Source of the DNA: an uncultured bacterium | Lineage (GTDB): Bacteria; Planctomycetota; UBA1135; GCA-002686595 | Length of the DNA: 64,000 bases | Direction of reading: 5' to 3' | Assembly (NCBI GenBank): GCA_943787795.1 | Contig: CALSNU010000006.1 | Coordinates: 512,001 to 576,000 of the forward strand | Part shown: piece after piece, positions 32,623-46,285 of the stretch | Layout of the letters: each line of letters opens with the position of its first letter | How positions within the stretch are numbered: position 1 is the first letter of the stretch | The notes under the pieces: model-generated | Databases searched by the model: none | Seen by the model: only the letters and a program-made list of their open reading frames with translations | What the model was told of the DNA's origin: nothing | Made by a program: the position numbers and the translations under genes

Positions 32623-33996
32623 TCAGAGCGCCTCGATCAGCTCCTCCCGGAAGCCGCCCTGCAGATCCGCGAGCTGCTCGAAGCCCATCCCCTTGAGCAG
32701 GCTGACCGCGCAGGAGGAGCGATAGCCGGCTGCGCAGTGGACCAGCAGCGGCGCCGCGCGGTCCCAGCCGGCGGCGATCTGCGCGAGTCGATCCAGCGGC
32801 GCGTTGACGGCCCCGGGGAGGCTCGCGTTGGCGTGCTCGCCCGGACCGCGAACGTCGACGATCGTCGCCCCCGATTCGGCCATGTGATCTGGCAGCCGAT
32901 CGGGATGAACCCGGTCGATGGTGTCCAGCTCACCCGCCGTGAGGTCGGCCTCGAGGTCCGCCCAATCGATCACTCCGCGGACGGTGTCATAGCCGATCCG
33001 TCCGAGCCGGATCACAGCCTGGTCCAGCTGATCGGCCTCGCCGACGACGACGAGCTCGTCCCCGGGAGCCAGCACGCTCCCGGCCCAAGGGGCGAAGCGG
33101 CCGTGGAGCCCAACGTTCACCGCCCCCGCCATGAAGCCCGCCTGGAACGCGTCCTCGTGGCGCACATCGAGGAGCCTGGCCCCGGCCGCCATCCGCTCGC
33201 GGACCTCAGCCGCTGTGAGCCGCGTCACGGACGCCGCGAGCGTTTCCTCGAGCAGCGGGCGCTCCTGCTTGTTGAGCACCGCGTCATGGAGGAAGTAGGC
33301 CGGCGCCGGCGGGCGCGCCGCGGTCACGAGCGCCACGAACGAGGCCCGATCGGGCGCCTGCAGCGCGGCGTTCCCGCGCCGCTGGGCGCCGATGGTCGAG
33401 ACCGTGTCGGTGCTCAGGTTGTTGCCGCAAAGCGACCCAGCCCCGTGGGCGGGATAAACGAGGACCTCGTCGGGGAGCGCCATGAGCTTGCGGTGCAGCG
33501 AGTCGTGGAGCATCCCGGCGAGCTCCTCGGAGGTCACCCCCACCGAGGACAGGAGGTCTGGGCGCCCCACGTCACCGATGAAGAGCGTGTCGCCCGTGAG
33601 GACCGCATGGGGCGCCGCGCCATCGCCATCGCTCACCACGTAGCTCACCCCCTCCGGGGTATGCCCGGGGGTCTCGAGGACCGCAATGCGAACGCGACCC
33701 AGCTTCACGACGTCGCCGTCAGAGAGCGCGGTGAAGCCGAACTCGGCCTCCGCCAGCGCCCCCAGGTAGATCGGGATCTGGAACCGATCGCGGAGCTCGA
33801 GGTGCCCGGCGAGGAAGTCCGCGTGGAAGTGAGTCAGGGCCACTCCGACCGGCCGCAGGCCGCGCTGCGCCAGGAAGTCCACGTACACCTCAATGTCGCG
33901 CCGGGGGTCCACCACGAGGGCCTCGCCAGAGGCCTCGTCGGCGATGACGTAGCTCGCGTGGGAGAGGCAGCCGAGATAGAACTGTTCGATGAGCAT
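32623..33996 (-). CDS. MBL-fold persulfide dioxygenase fused to two rhodanese domains (CstB/Blh-like)
   Basis: THFHADF, TPGHTP, TGDTLF, HGAGSLCG, LLDVR, and an active-site-like HCAAGYRS. Confidence 0.9.
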   Translation of the reverse strand: MLIEQFYLGCLSHASYVIADEASGEALVVDPRRDIEVYVDFLAQRGLRPVGVALTHFHADFLAGHLELRDRFQIPIYLGALAEAEFGFTALSDGDVVKLGRVRIAVLETPGHTPEGVSYVVSDGDGAAPHAVLTGDTLFIGDVGRPDLLSSVGVTSEELAGMLHDSLHRKLMALPDEVLVYPAHGAGSLCGNNLSTDTVSTIGAQRRGNAALQAPDRASFVALVTAARPPAPAYFLHDAVLNKQERPLLEETLAASVTRLTAAEVRERMAAGARLLDVRHEDAFQAGFMAGAVNVGLHGRFAPWAGSVLAPGDELVVVGEADQLDQAVIRLGRIGYDTVRGVIDWADLEADLTAGELDTIDRVHPDRLPDHMAESGATIVDVRGPGEHANASLPGAVNAPLDRLAQIAAGWDRAAPLLVHCAAGYRSSCAVSLLKGMGFEQLADLQGGFREELIEAL

Positions 33997-34079
33997 GGAT
34001 CGAGGGGGTGAGGCGTTGGGGTCAGAGCGTAAGCGAACCCCTGAGCCGCTGGCGACCCGGACCACGCAGTCCGCCCCTA

Positions 34080-34120
34080 CGACCTAGGGGGCGACCTAGG
34101 GGGCGACCTCGGGGGCGACC
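34080..34120. repeat. 12-bp tandem repeat CGACCT[AC]GGGGG x3.4
   Basis: Read directly. Confidence 0.85.
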
Positions 34121-34302
34121 GCCTGAGTTCATCGGACGCGACCCGCGGAGCGACACGATCGCAGGAGGCCGACACCTCACCGCCTCGGCACGCAGGGTGC
34201 TCGGCGGGCCCTGGCCCCTGGGCCCTTAATCCTGACCCCTTGCCCCTTGATCGAGTCTCCTGCGGCGAGCGTTCGCCCTGGGGGGGGGTGCTCGGAGGAT
34301 GG

Positions 34303-36090
34303 TCAGGGGGTGAACGTCACGGTCCAGGCGTTCGTGAGGTTGGAGAGTCCACCGGCGCAGGAGCCGCCGAGGTCGCGGTACCAGACCTGGAAGCCCCAGG
34401 TCGAGCCCACGGTGACCGTCGCCGGGTTGGACCCGCTCGTGGCAGTGTCCAGGATCCCCGGCCCAACGGTGAACGCGCCCGCGGTGCCGGTGGCCTCGAG
34501 CGCGATCCGGAAGAGCCCCCCGGCTCCTGGAGCGAGGCAGAGCCGCCCGTTGTTCCCCGGGGGCGTGAGCCCTCCGAACATGCCGTTGGCGAAGACCACG
34601 AACCCGAAGGTGTTCGGCGTGAGCTGGCTCGCCTGGAGCACGAGGCTGTCGGTGAAGACCGAGCTTGTGCCGGTCGCGCGCAGCCGGCCGCCCTGCCCCG
34701 TGTTGTTCAGGCAGCCCTCGTCGGGACCCGCGGTGTTGCCACAGGCCGACTCGGCCACGTCATCGCAGTCGCAGTCGGAGTTCCCGATCTCCTCACACTC
34801 GTCCGGGATGCCGTTCCCATCGATGTCCATGGAGGCGCCGTTCGTGATGTCCAGGGCGTCCTCGACTCCGTTGTCGTTGCAGTCCTTGATCGGGTCCTCT
34901 TCGGGGTCGCGCGTGTCCAGGGCGTCGAGGTCGTCGTCCGGGTTGAGCCCCATCAGCTCGGCGTTGTAGTAGATCGCGGGGGTCGAGGCGCCCGGGGGCG
35001 GCGGCCCCAGCACGTCGCCCTCGCCGATGGGCAGGTTGAACCGACTGTCCAGCTGACCGAGCACCGCGGAGCCGCGGCGCACGGAGAAGAGCACCAGGTC
35101 CCGCTGGCCGCCAGGCGACCCGGGGAGCCAGTCGAAGGGTTGCTCGGAGGGCTGATAGCCGGGGATCCCGTTCTCACGGATCACCAGCGCGTCCAGGTCA
35201 TCGCTGCCCGGGCCGCCGACGCGGTCGAGGCCGAGGAGGTCGGCGCTCGCGTAGGGCAGCACCTGGCCCTGGCTGTTCAGGACGAGAATGTCTGCGCCCT
35301 GGAAGGGGTTGCCGTTGGGGTCGAACTGGTTCGACGCGGAGTCGGCCACCGGCACATTGGGCTGGTTCGGATCCGTGAAGCCGGCCTCGAGCGAGAAGAA
35401 GTACGGGCCCGGTGCGCTCCCGATCGAGCGCACCTCGAGCCCGTCGAGGTTGTCCCCGGTCCCCGGAACCGTCGGCGAGGGGAGCAGCGGCTCCGCGAGG
35501 CCGATCCCGGGGAAGAGGCCCCCGCCCTGGGTGCCACCGCCCTCGCCGTTGCCGTCCAGCACCCCGGTGTTGTCCCCGAAGCCGAACTGCGGTCCGGGCG
35601 TCGACACCGACGTCACGAAGATGTCACCGGCCGCCTCGAAGGCCGCCGCTTCCTCCCGAACGCTCCGCGGGAGGATCGAGCCAGGGAGCCCCGTGGCGAA
35701 CTCATCCACGGAGAACAGCAGGTCCACCGTGTATCCCGGGTCCGGCAGAAGCAGGGCGTCCCGACCGAAGGAGAACGCGTCCACCTCCACTCCACACGAG
35801 AACCCTGGGGCGTGGCCGACGCACTGGGTGTAGCTCGAGAGGAAGGAGCCGGGCGCGACGTTGAGCGCCGGCGGCGAGAGGAACGGCGGGCCGGAGGGAG
35901 TGAGCAGGTCCGCCTCCGTGATCGGGGGCGCGTTCGGTGAGGTCTGCTGACCCATGAGCGGCCCCTGCCAGTCCACGGAGAGGAGCACCTCGCTCTGCGG
36001 AGGCCCCTGCGAGAGGGCCGGGCCGGCGAGTGCGATGGAGAGCAGCGCGGGGCGCAGGAGCGAGGCAGCGGCGAGCGGAGGACGGTTCAT
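34303..36090 (-). CDS. Exported acidic protein, paralog of 41110..42867, with Ca-binding-like motifs and the shared C-terminal domain
   Basis: Signal peptide; SVDWQ, EVDAFS, LFSVDEFA, FSVRRGSAV, PIGEGD; DCNDNG...DGNGIPDECE; GSTWGFQVWYRD...SNLTNAWTVTF. Confidence 0.85.
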   Translation of the reverse strand: MNRPPLAAASLLRPALLSIALAGPALSQGPPQSEVLLSVDWQGPLMGQQTSPNAPPITEADLLTPSGPPFLSPPALNVAPGSFLSSYTQCVGHAPGFSCGVEVDAFSFGRDALLLPDPGYTVDLLFSVDEFATGLPGSILPRSVREEAAAFEAAGDIFVTSVSTPGPQFGFGDNTGVLDGNGEGGGTQGGGLFPGIGLAEPLLPSPTVPGTGDNLDGLEVRSIGSAPGPYFFSLEAGFTDPNQPNVPVADSASNQFDPNGNPFQGADILVLNSQGQVLPYASADLLGLDRVGGPGSDDLDALVIRENGIPGYQPSEQPFDWLPGSPGGQRDLVLFSVRRGSAVLGQLDSRFNLPIGEGDVLGPPPPGASTPAIYYNAELMGLNPDDDLDALDTRDPEEDPIKDCNDNGVEDALDITNGASMDIDGNGIPDECEEIGNSDCDCDDVAESACGNTAGPDEGCLNNTGQGGRLRATGTSSVFTDSLVLQASQLTPNTFGFVVFANGMFGGLTPPGNNGRLCLAPGAGGLFRIALEATGTAGAFTVGPGILDTATSGSNPATVTVGSTWGFQVWYRDLGGSCAGGLSNLTNAWTVTFTP

Positions 36091-36198
36091 GGGAGTTGAG
36101 GTCCGAGACCTACCGAGTGTAGGAGGCCGGCCCATTCCTCGTCGCGGCCGCATGTCCCCATACGACACAACTGCCGCGGTCTTCCTCCACCCAGGCGC

Positions 36199-40019
<3,821 letters not shown>

Positions 40020-40076
40020 CTCTCCGATGGTAGAAGGCGAGACCGCTCTTTGGAGAGGTCGAGCTAGGATCCACCC

Positions 40077-40691
40077 ATGGAAGAGCGTCCCAACGATTCC
40101 CTGGACGGCGTGACCGGCATGTGGCTCGCCGAGGTCAAGGGCGGTGACAGCGAGAGCTTCGGGCGGCTGTACGAGCACATCGCCCCAGCGCTCCTGACCT
40201 GGGCGGAGTTCCGCATCCGCCCCGAGCAGCGCCAGCACGTGGACCCCTCGGACGTGGTGCAGGAGGTCTGGTTCCGGGCCTGGCGCCAGATGGAGTCCTT
40301 CGACCCCGAGGCCACCCCGTTCCGCTTCTGGATCTTCCGGATCGCCAAGAACGTGCTGCTCGAGGCGGTGCGCAAGACCCGCCGGGCCGACGTGACCGGG
40401 GCGGGCACCACGGCGAAGATCCAGCAGCTCGGCGAGCTCCAGGACACCATGACCGCCGTCTCCATGCGCCTCTCTCGCGACGAGGGCCTCGCTGCCTTCC
40501 GCGCCGAGGTGGACGCCCTACCCGAGGAGGAGCGCAAACTCGTGGTCCACTGCGGCCTTGAGGGGCTCCCCCTGGGCGAGGTCGCTGAGCGCCTCGGGAT
40601 CTCCACCGAGGCCGCGGGCAAGCGCTGGCAGCGCCTCCGCGCGCGGCTCGCCGAAGGCACCCTGCCCGAGCACCTGCTGGCGGGAGCCTGA
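40077..40691 (+). CDS. ECF RNA polymerase sigma factor, kinase-associated type
   Basis: Region 2 DPSDVVQEVW...FRFWIFRIAKN; region 4 LPEEERK...EVAERLGIS; divergent from the kinase gene with a 57-bp gap. Confidence 0.92.
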   Translation: MEERPNDSLDGVTGMWLAEVKGGDSESFGRLYEHIAPALLTWAEFRIRPEQRQHVDPSDVVQEVWFRAWRQMESFDPEATPFRFWIFRIAKNVLLEAVRKTRRADVTGAGTTAKIQQLGELQDTMTAVSMRLSRDEGLAAFRAEVDALPEEERKLVVHCGLEGLPLGEVAERLGISTEAAGKRWQRLRARLAEGTLPEHLLAGA

Positions 40692-41109
40692 GCAGCAAGG
40701 CGGCGCCGACCTCCCCGGGGGCGCCGGGCCTCTAAGTTCCGGGGACCAGCGGTTCCCGGCGGCGGCCGGCTTCGATGCCCGGGAAGAGCGGGTGCGCTGA
40801 AGGAGCGGGTGCACTGGAAGACCGGACGCCCAGGAAGACGGGTGCCGCTGCCCAGGAAGACTGGCGTCCCCCCGAGCCGGCGCCCCCCTTGGGCACGAAG
40901 GAGGACGAGGAGCTCCGGCGCGAACGGTTCCTTGATGCCACCCTCGCCGCCCTAAGTCCATATCGATCAGCGACTTGCCGGACGGATGCGCGAGAGGGGG
41001 ACGCCGCAGCGACGAGAGGTTGTCCGCTCCTCGGACGCGGGCGCACTTGGGAGTGACGGGTCCAGTCGGGCCCGCGCACTCCACCACCAAAGAACCAAGG
41101 ACCCAGGCC

Positions 41110-42867
41110 ATGCAACTCCGCCCCCTCACCCTCGCCGGCACCACGCTCCTCCTCGCCTCCACCGCCGCCGCTCAGAGTCAGTTCACCTTCTCCATCGACT
41201 GGCAGAGCGCCTCGATGGGCTCGCCCTCGTCCGGCGGAGTTCCCATGACCGACGGCGACCTCTACCACCCATCGACCCTGAGCGCGATGCCCGCACCGGG
41301 CTTCGTCCCGGCTCCGACGATGAGCCTCGACCACGCCGTCGACCTCGGTCTGCCCGGCGGCTGCGTCGGGCGCGGACCCGGCGTGCCCTGCGCCATCGAG
41401 GTGGACGCGTTCAGCCGCGGCGCTGACTTCCAGTTCGGGCCCAACCAACCCATCCGCGCCGGAGACCTGCTCTTCAGCGTGGACGAGTTCGCCGCTGGGC
41501 GCCCCGGCGGCCCGCTCCCGAACGTGCGCAGCGAGTTCGCCGCCGGCGACAGCTCCGCGGACGCCTTCGGCAGCCTCAACACCCTGCCCCCCGGCCCCCT
41601 CCCGCCGATGCCGGGCAGGAACATCGGCATGGTCGACGGCGACGGCGCGTTCTCCGCCAGCGGCTTCACCTACCCGTCCATCGGGCTCAAGGAGCCGAAC
41701 TTGCCCGCCCCCGGACCGATTGACATGGGCGACAACCAGGACGCCATGGACATCGTGGAGCCCGGCACCGCCACCACTAGCGCCGTCTACTTCAGCCTCG
41801 ACGGCGGCATGTTCGACGGCCGTGAAGGCATCCCGAACTCGAACGCCGCCGCGGCGAACAGCGTCGGCGCGGCCGACATCTTCGTCAACGCCGGCGGCGG
41901 CATGGCCCTGTGGGCCGGTGCGCCCTCCCTCGGGCTCGACCTGGTCGCCCCCCTCACCGACGACATCGACGCGCTCATCCTCTGGGAGAACGGGAACGGG
42001 GTCGCCGACGTCGCACCGGGCCCCTACGGCTGGCAGAACGGCATGGACATGATCATCTTCTCCGTGCGCCGCGGCTCCGCGGTCATCGGACGCCCTGACA
42101 GCCAGTTCGGCCTTCCGATCGAAGAGGGCGACCTGCTGATCCCGCCCGTCGCCGGCGGCGCCTCGCCCTTCCCCGCCATCTTCATTCCGGCCGAAGCCCT
42201 CGGGCTCCTGACGGTGCGCTCCCACGGCGTCAGCCTCGGCGACGATCTGGACGCGGCGGACCACATCAGCGGGAACCTCTTCGACTGCGACAGCGACGGC
42301 CTCGAGGACGCCATCGCCATCGCCATGGGCCTCGTGATTGACGCGGACCAGAACGGCGTGCCCGACGCGTGCAGCTCGAGCCCGGTCGGAGCCCCCTTCT
42401 GCTTCTGCCCCGTGGTCGCCGCCCCTTGCGGCAACGCCTCGGCCACCTCCGGCTGCGTCAACGGCGCAGGCACCGGGGCCTTGCTCTCCGGGAGCGGCAG
42501 CGCGAGCGTCGCCCTGGACAACCTGGTCCTTACCACGAGCGCGATGCCGGCGGGATCGTTCGCCATGACGGTCATGGGGACCGGGACCACGCCGCCCGCC
42601 ATCCTCGCCAACGGGCTCCGCTGCGTCGGCGGCTGGATGCACCGCTTCCCGCCCTACTCGACAGCCAGCGGCACGGCGTCCATCGGCCGCGGCACGGCCA
42701 ACGTCTCCATGGGGCTGGTCGCCTACTCGACCTCCACCTTCACTCCCTCCGGCCACATCACGGCGGGCTCCACCTTCCACTTCCAGACCTTCTACCGCGA
42801 TCTCGGCGGGCCCTGCGGCGCCATGTTCAACCTCTCGAACGCTCTCACGGTGAACTTCACGCTCTGA
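41110..42867 (+). CDS. Exported acidic protein, paralog of 34303..36090, with the shared C-terminal domain
   Basis: Signal peptide ...STAAAQ; SIDWQ, EVDAFS, LFSVDEFA, FSVRRGSAV, PIEEGD; DCDSDG...DQNGVPDAC; GSTFHFQTFYRD...NLSNALTVNF. Confidence 0.85.
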   Translation: MQLRPLTLAGTTLLLASTAAAQSQFTFSIDWQSASMGSPSSGGVPMTDGDLYHPSTLSAMPAPGFVPAPTMSLDHAVDLGLPGGCVGRGPGVPCAIEVDAFSRGADFQFGPNQPIRAGDLLFSVDEFAAGRPGGPLPNVRSEFAAGDSSADAFGSLNTLPPGPLPPMPGRNIGMVDGDGAFSASGFTYPSIGLKEPNLPAPGPIDMGDNQDAMDIVEPGTATTSAVYFSLDGGMFDGREGIPNSNAAAANSVGAADIFVNAGGGMALWAGAPSLGLDLVAPLTDDIDALILWENGNGVADVAPGPYGWQNGMDMIIFSVRRGSAVIGRPDSQFGLPIEEGDLLIPPVAGGASPFPAIFIPAEALGLLTVRSHGVSLGDDLDAADHISGNLFDCDSDGLEDAIAIAMGLVIDADQNGVPDACSSSPVGAPFCFCPVVAAPCGNASATSGCVNGAGTGALLSGSGSASVALDNLVLTTSAMPAGSFAMTVMGTGTTPPAILANGLRCVGGWMHRFPPYSTASGTASIGRGTANVSMGLVAYSTSTFTPSGHITAGSTFHFQTFYRDLGGPCGAMFNLSNALTVNFTL

Positions 42868-42921
42868 GCTCGACCACTGATTCGGGCCCGGCGGGTGACC
42901 CTGGCGGCGCCCGTCGCCCTA

Positions 42922-42965
42922 GCCCCAGCTCCGGGCCCCAGCTCCGGGCCCCAGCTCCGGGCCCC
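42922..42965. repeat. 13-bp tandem repeat GCCCCAGCTCCGG x3
   Basis: Read directly. Confidence 0.85.
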
Positions 42966-43202
42966 TCCCCGGCCCCTCCCCGGCCAGGCGCTCCCCACGG
43001 AGCGGCTGGCCTCTGGCCTTTTCCGACCGATCCCTCCCCCCGCGCCCCTGAGGCCTCCCGGGACTCCGAGCGAGACAGCCCCGGGTGCCCCCTGGCTGGA
43101 ATCCCAGAAGGCCCAGCCCCGTCTGTTTCCAGTTGGGGTCCGGCCGCTAGGCTGTCTGACCGGCCACCTCGTGCCCGCGGCCTCGCTCCCCACATCTTCC
43201 CC

Positions 43203-45770
43203 ATGACTCATCCTGCCGTCCGACGCGCCCTCGCTGCCGTCCCTCCGCTCGCGTGCGCCGCCCTCCTGCTCGGCACCACGGCGGCCGCTGGCCTGCGGCA
43301 CGATGACGATCCGAAGATCCAGGATCGGCGGCCGGCCTACGCCGGCGCAGGCTATCTCCGTGGCGCCGCTGCGCCCGCCGGGCTCCCGGCGGCCAGCACC
43401 GGAGCCGGCCCCGGCTTCGAAGCTCAGGGTCTCCGGCTCGAGTCCTGGCTCACGCTGGGTGACTTGGACGGCGCCAGCTCGGGCAACGACTGCTGGGGAT
43501 ACGCGTCTCCGTCCGGACGCGAGTACGCCGTCGTCGGGACCTCGAGCAGCACGGTCATCGTCGAGGTCACCGACCCGGCCAACGCCTCCTTGATCGAGGT
43601 CATCCCCGGTCCGCTCAGCCTGTGGCGTGATGTCAAGGTGTACCAGGACCGCGCCTATTCGGTGAGCGAGGGCGGCGGCGGCATCCAGGTGATCGACCTC
43701 TCCGCTGTGGACGCCGGAGTCGTCACCCTTGAGAACACCGTCACCGGCTCTGGGGATGAGCGCACCCATAACGTGGCCATCGACGAGGTCAGTGGCTACC
43801 TCTACCGCACCGGCGGCGGCGGGAACGGGCTGCGGATCTACAGCCTGGCCAACCCCTCCTCCCCGCAGTTCGTCGGCTCCTGGGGGAGCCGCTACGTGCA
43901 CGACGCCCAGGTGGTGACCTACACCAGTGGCCCGTATGCCGGCCGCCAGCTCGCCTTCTGCTGCGCAGGTCTCGGGAACGGCTCCGGGGATACGGGGCTC
44001 TCCATCGTCGACGTGACGAACAAGAACTTCCCCTTCCGCATCGAGCAGATCGCTTACCCGAATCGGCGCTACAGCCACCAGGGCTGGCTGTCCCCGGACC
44101 GCAGCCGCTTCTACCTCGGCGACGAGCTCGATGAAAACGCGGGGGTGAACACCACGGTCACCCGCGTGTTCGACGTGAGCGACCCCGGGGACGCGTCGTT
44201 CGTCGGCGAGTTCACCAACGGTGTCGCCAGTATCAGCCACAACATGTACGAGCGGGACGGGCTCCTGTTCCAGGCGAACTACACCTCCGGGCTGCGAGTC
44301 TTCGACACGGCGAGTGACCCGAACAACCCTGCCGAGGTCGCCTTCTTCGACACCTCGCCCGACCTCACCTCGTCGTCGTTCAACGGCCTTTGGAGCTGCT
44401 ACGTGGGGCTCCCAAGCGGGACGATCATCGGGAGCGACCTCGAGCGCGGGCTCTTCGTCTGGACCTTCGATCCGCTCGGCGTGGACGTGGACGCAACGGG
44501 CCTGCGGGAGCTAGACGGCGCTGGAGCCACCGTGTCCGCCACGGTGCGCACCGTCAACGGCAACGCCATCGCTCCCGGCTCGGTGGAGCTGGTCGTGGAC
44601 GGTGGCGCCGGTCCGGTCCTCCTCCCGATGACGGCTGGCTCCAGCCCTGGCGCCTTCACCGCGGAGATCCCGAGCTTCCCCTGCGGCGCCGAGGTCACCT
44701 GGTACGTGAGCGCGCGCACGCCCTCCGGTGTCCAGTCGACGTTCCCCGCGAACGCGCCCATCCGGCCCTTTGTCTCATGGGTCGGCGAGACCGTCACCAC
44801 CGTGCGGTACGACGACATGCAGGCCGACAACGGCTGGCAGGGCAGCCTACCGGGAGACACCGCTACCCGCGGCCAGTGGACCCGTCAGCGGCCCGTGGGC
44901 ACCGACGCGGAGCCCAATGGCGGCTACCCGGTCAACGGCCGGCAGTGCTGGTTCACCGGGCAGGGGGCCGTCGCCAACAACACGGAGGCGGACGTCGATC
45001 AAGGATTCACCACGCTCCTCTCCCCCGTGCTCGACCTCACGGGGATGGACTACCCGGTGGTCGAGTACTACCGGTGGTTCTCCAACGTCTACGGGCAGAA
45101 CGATCCCGACGATGCGTTCGAGGTCCTTATCTCCAACGACGCCGGCGCCACCTGGGTTGCGCTGGAGACCGTCGGGCCCCTCGGCCCCGGCACGGACGGC
45201 GGGTGGATCCGCGCGGCGTTCCTGGTCCCCCAGTTCGTGGTGCCCACCGACCAGGTGCAGCTCCGCTTCGTGGCCTCGGACACGGGCCTCCCGAACATCG
45301 TGGAGGCCGCGATCGACGAGTTCCGCGTCTATGACGTCGGCTGCGATGACCCCGTCGGCGCGGCCTATTGTCAGGGCGCGCCGAACTCGACGGGGCTGGT
45401 CGGTGAGATCGTCGGTGAGGGCTCGGCGTTCCTTGCGCAGAATGACCTGGAGCTGGTGGCGACCCAGCTGCCTCCCCAGCAATCCGGCTTCTTCGTGGTC
45501 GCCAACGGTCAGGCCTCGGTGCCCATGATCGGCGGCGGTCAAGGGACCCTGTGCGTCGGCGGCACCACGGGCCGCTATCTCACCCAGGCCGCGAACTCCG
45601 GCCCCTCCGGGACCATCCGGCTCGTGGTGGACGCCGCGGCAATCCCCACGCCGACGGGCGCCGCGGTGACCCTCGCCGGGGACACCTGGAACTTCCAGTG
45701 CTGGCATCGCGACGCGAACCCGGGGCCGACCTCGAACTTCACCGAGGGCTATTCGGTGACGTTCCGCTGA
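43203..45770 (+). CDS. Choice-of-anchor B / LVIVD-repeat protein with a beta-sandwich domain and the shared C-terminal domain
   Basis: GNDCWGY..GREYA, WRDVKVY, THNVAID, YVHDAQ, YSHQGW, GDELDE, HNMY, QANYTSG; ends GDTWNFQCWHRD...SNFTEGYSVTFR. Confidence 0.87.
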   Translation: MTHPAVRRALAAVPPLACAALLLGTTAAAGLRHDDDPKIQDRRPAYAGAGYLRGAAAPAGLPAASTGAGPGFEAQGLRLESWLTLGDLDGASSGNDCWGYASPSGREYAVVGTSSSTVIVEVTDPANASLIEVIPGPLSLWRDVKVYQDRAYSVSEGGGGIQVIDLSAVDAGVVTLENTVTGSGDERTHNVAIDEVSGYLYRTGGGGNGLRIYSLANPSSPQFVGSWGSRYVHDAQVVTYTSGPYAGRQLAFCCAGLGNGSGDTGLSIVDVTNKNFPFRIEQIAYPNRRYSHQGWLSPDRSRFYLGDELDENAGVNTTVTRVFDVSDPGDASFVGEFTNGVASISHNMYERDGLLFQANYTSGLRVFDTASDPNNPAEVAFFDTSPDLTSSSFNGLWSCYVGLPSGTIIGSDLERGLFVWTFDPLGVDVDATGLRELDGAGATVSATVRTVNGNAIAPGSVELVVDGGAGPVLLPMTAGSSPGAFTAEIPSFPCGAEVTWYVSARTPSGVQSTFPANAPIRPFVSWVGETVTTVRYDDMQADNGWQGSLPGDTATRGQWTRQRPVGTDAEPNGGYPVNGRQCWFTGQGAVANNTEADVDQGFTTLLSPVLDLTGMDYPVVEYYRWFSNVYGQNDPDDAFEVLISNDAGATWVALETVGPLGPGTDGGWIRAAFLVPQFVVPTDQVQLRFVASDTGLPNIVEAAIDEFRVYDVGCDDPVGAAYCQGAPNSTGLVGEIVGEGSAFLAQNDLELVATQLPPQQSGFFVVANGQASVPMIGGGQGTLCVGGTTGRYLTQAANSGPSGTIRLVVDAAAIPTPTGAAVTLAGDTWNFQCWHRDANPGPTSNFTEGYSVTFR

Positions 45771-45785
45771 CCCGCGCGGCGTCGA

Positions 45786-46151
45786 TCAGGCACAGACTCG
45801 GCATCGGCCCACGAGGGTCACTTCGTGGGCGGTGGTCTCGAATCCGACCGGCGTCAGGCGCTGGATCGAGCCGGGACAGCCGGGGACATCAAAGACTCGG
45901 TCGCAGCCTTCGCAGAGGAAGTGGTGATGGTGATCGAGCCCAGCGAGCTCGTAGCGGACGGCCTGCCCGGGCACAGGGACCTGTACGAGCTCTTCGCGCT
46001 CGACCATACCCTTCAGGTTGCGATAGACCGTCGTCAGGTTGAGCTGCGGAACCTCCTCGCCCGCGAGATCGAGCACCTCGGTCGGGCTGAGGGGCCGTCC
46101 AGCTCCTTTGAACGCAGACCGGATTGCTCGCCGCTGTTCGGTCATTCGCAT
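45786..46151 (-). CDS. zur: Fur family transcriptional repressor, Zur-like by context
   Basis: TEQRRAI, TTVYRNL, HHHHFLCEGC and C-terminal CRVC; divergent from a metal ABC operon. Zn specificity is inferred. Confidence 0.88.
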   Translation of the reverse strand: MRMTEQRRAIRSAFKGAGRPLSPTEVLDLAGEEVPQLNLTTVYRNLKGMVEREELVQVPVPGQAVRYELAGLDHHHHFLCEGCDRVFDVPGCPGSIQRLTPVGFETTAHEVTLVGRCRVCA

Positions 46152-46180
46152 GAGCGTGACCTTAGCAGGATCAAGCTGGC

Positions 46181-46209
46181 TTGCAAATGCCAATGCATTG
46201 GCATAACGT
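46181..46209 (+). promoter_or_regulatory. Sigma70-like promoter TTGCAA-N17-TAACGT with an 18-bp perfect palindromic operator
   Basis: ATGCCAATGCATTGGCAT (46187-46204) fills the spacer; an AT-rich patch in a GC-rich background. Confidence 0.8.
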
Positions 46210-46285
46210 CCCCGTCTGAGGATTCTCACGCTGCTCGTTGAGGCCTCACTCCCTCGCCCGAAGCGCTCAGCCCCAAGCCCAACAG

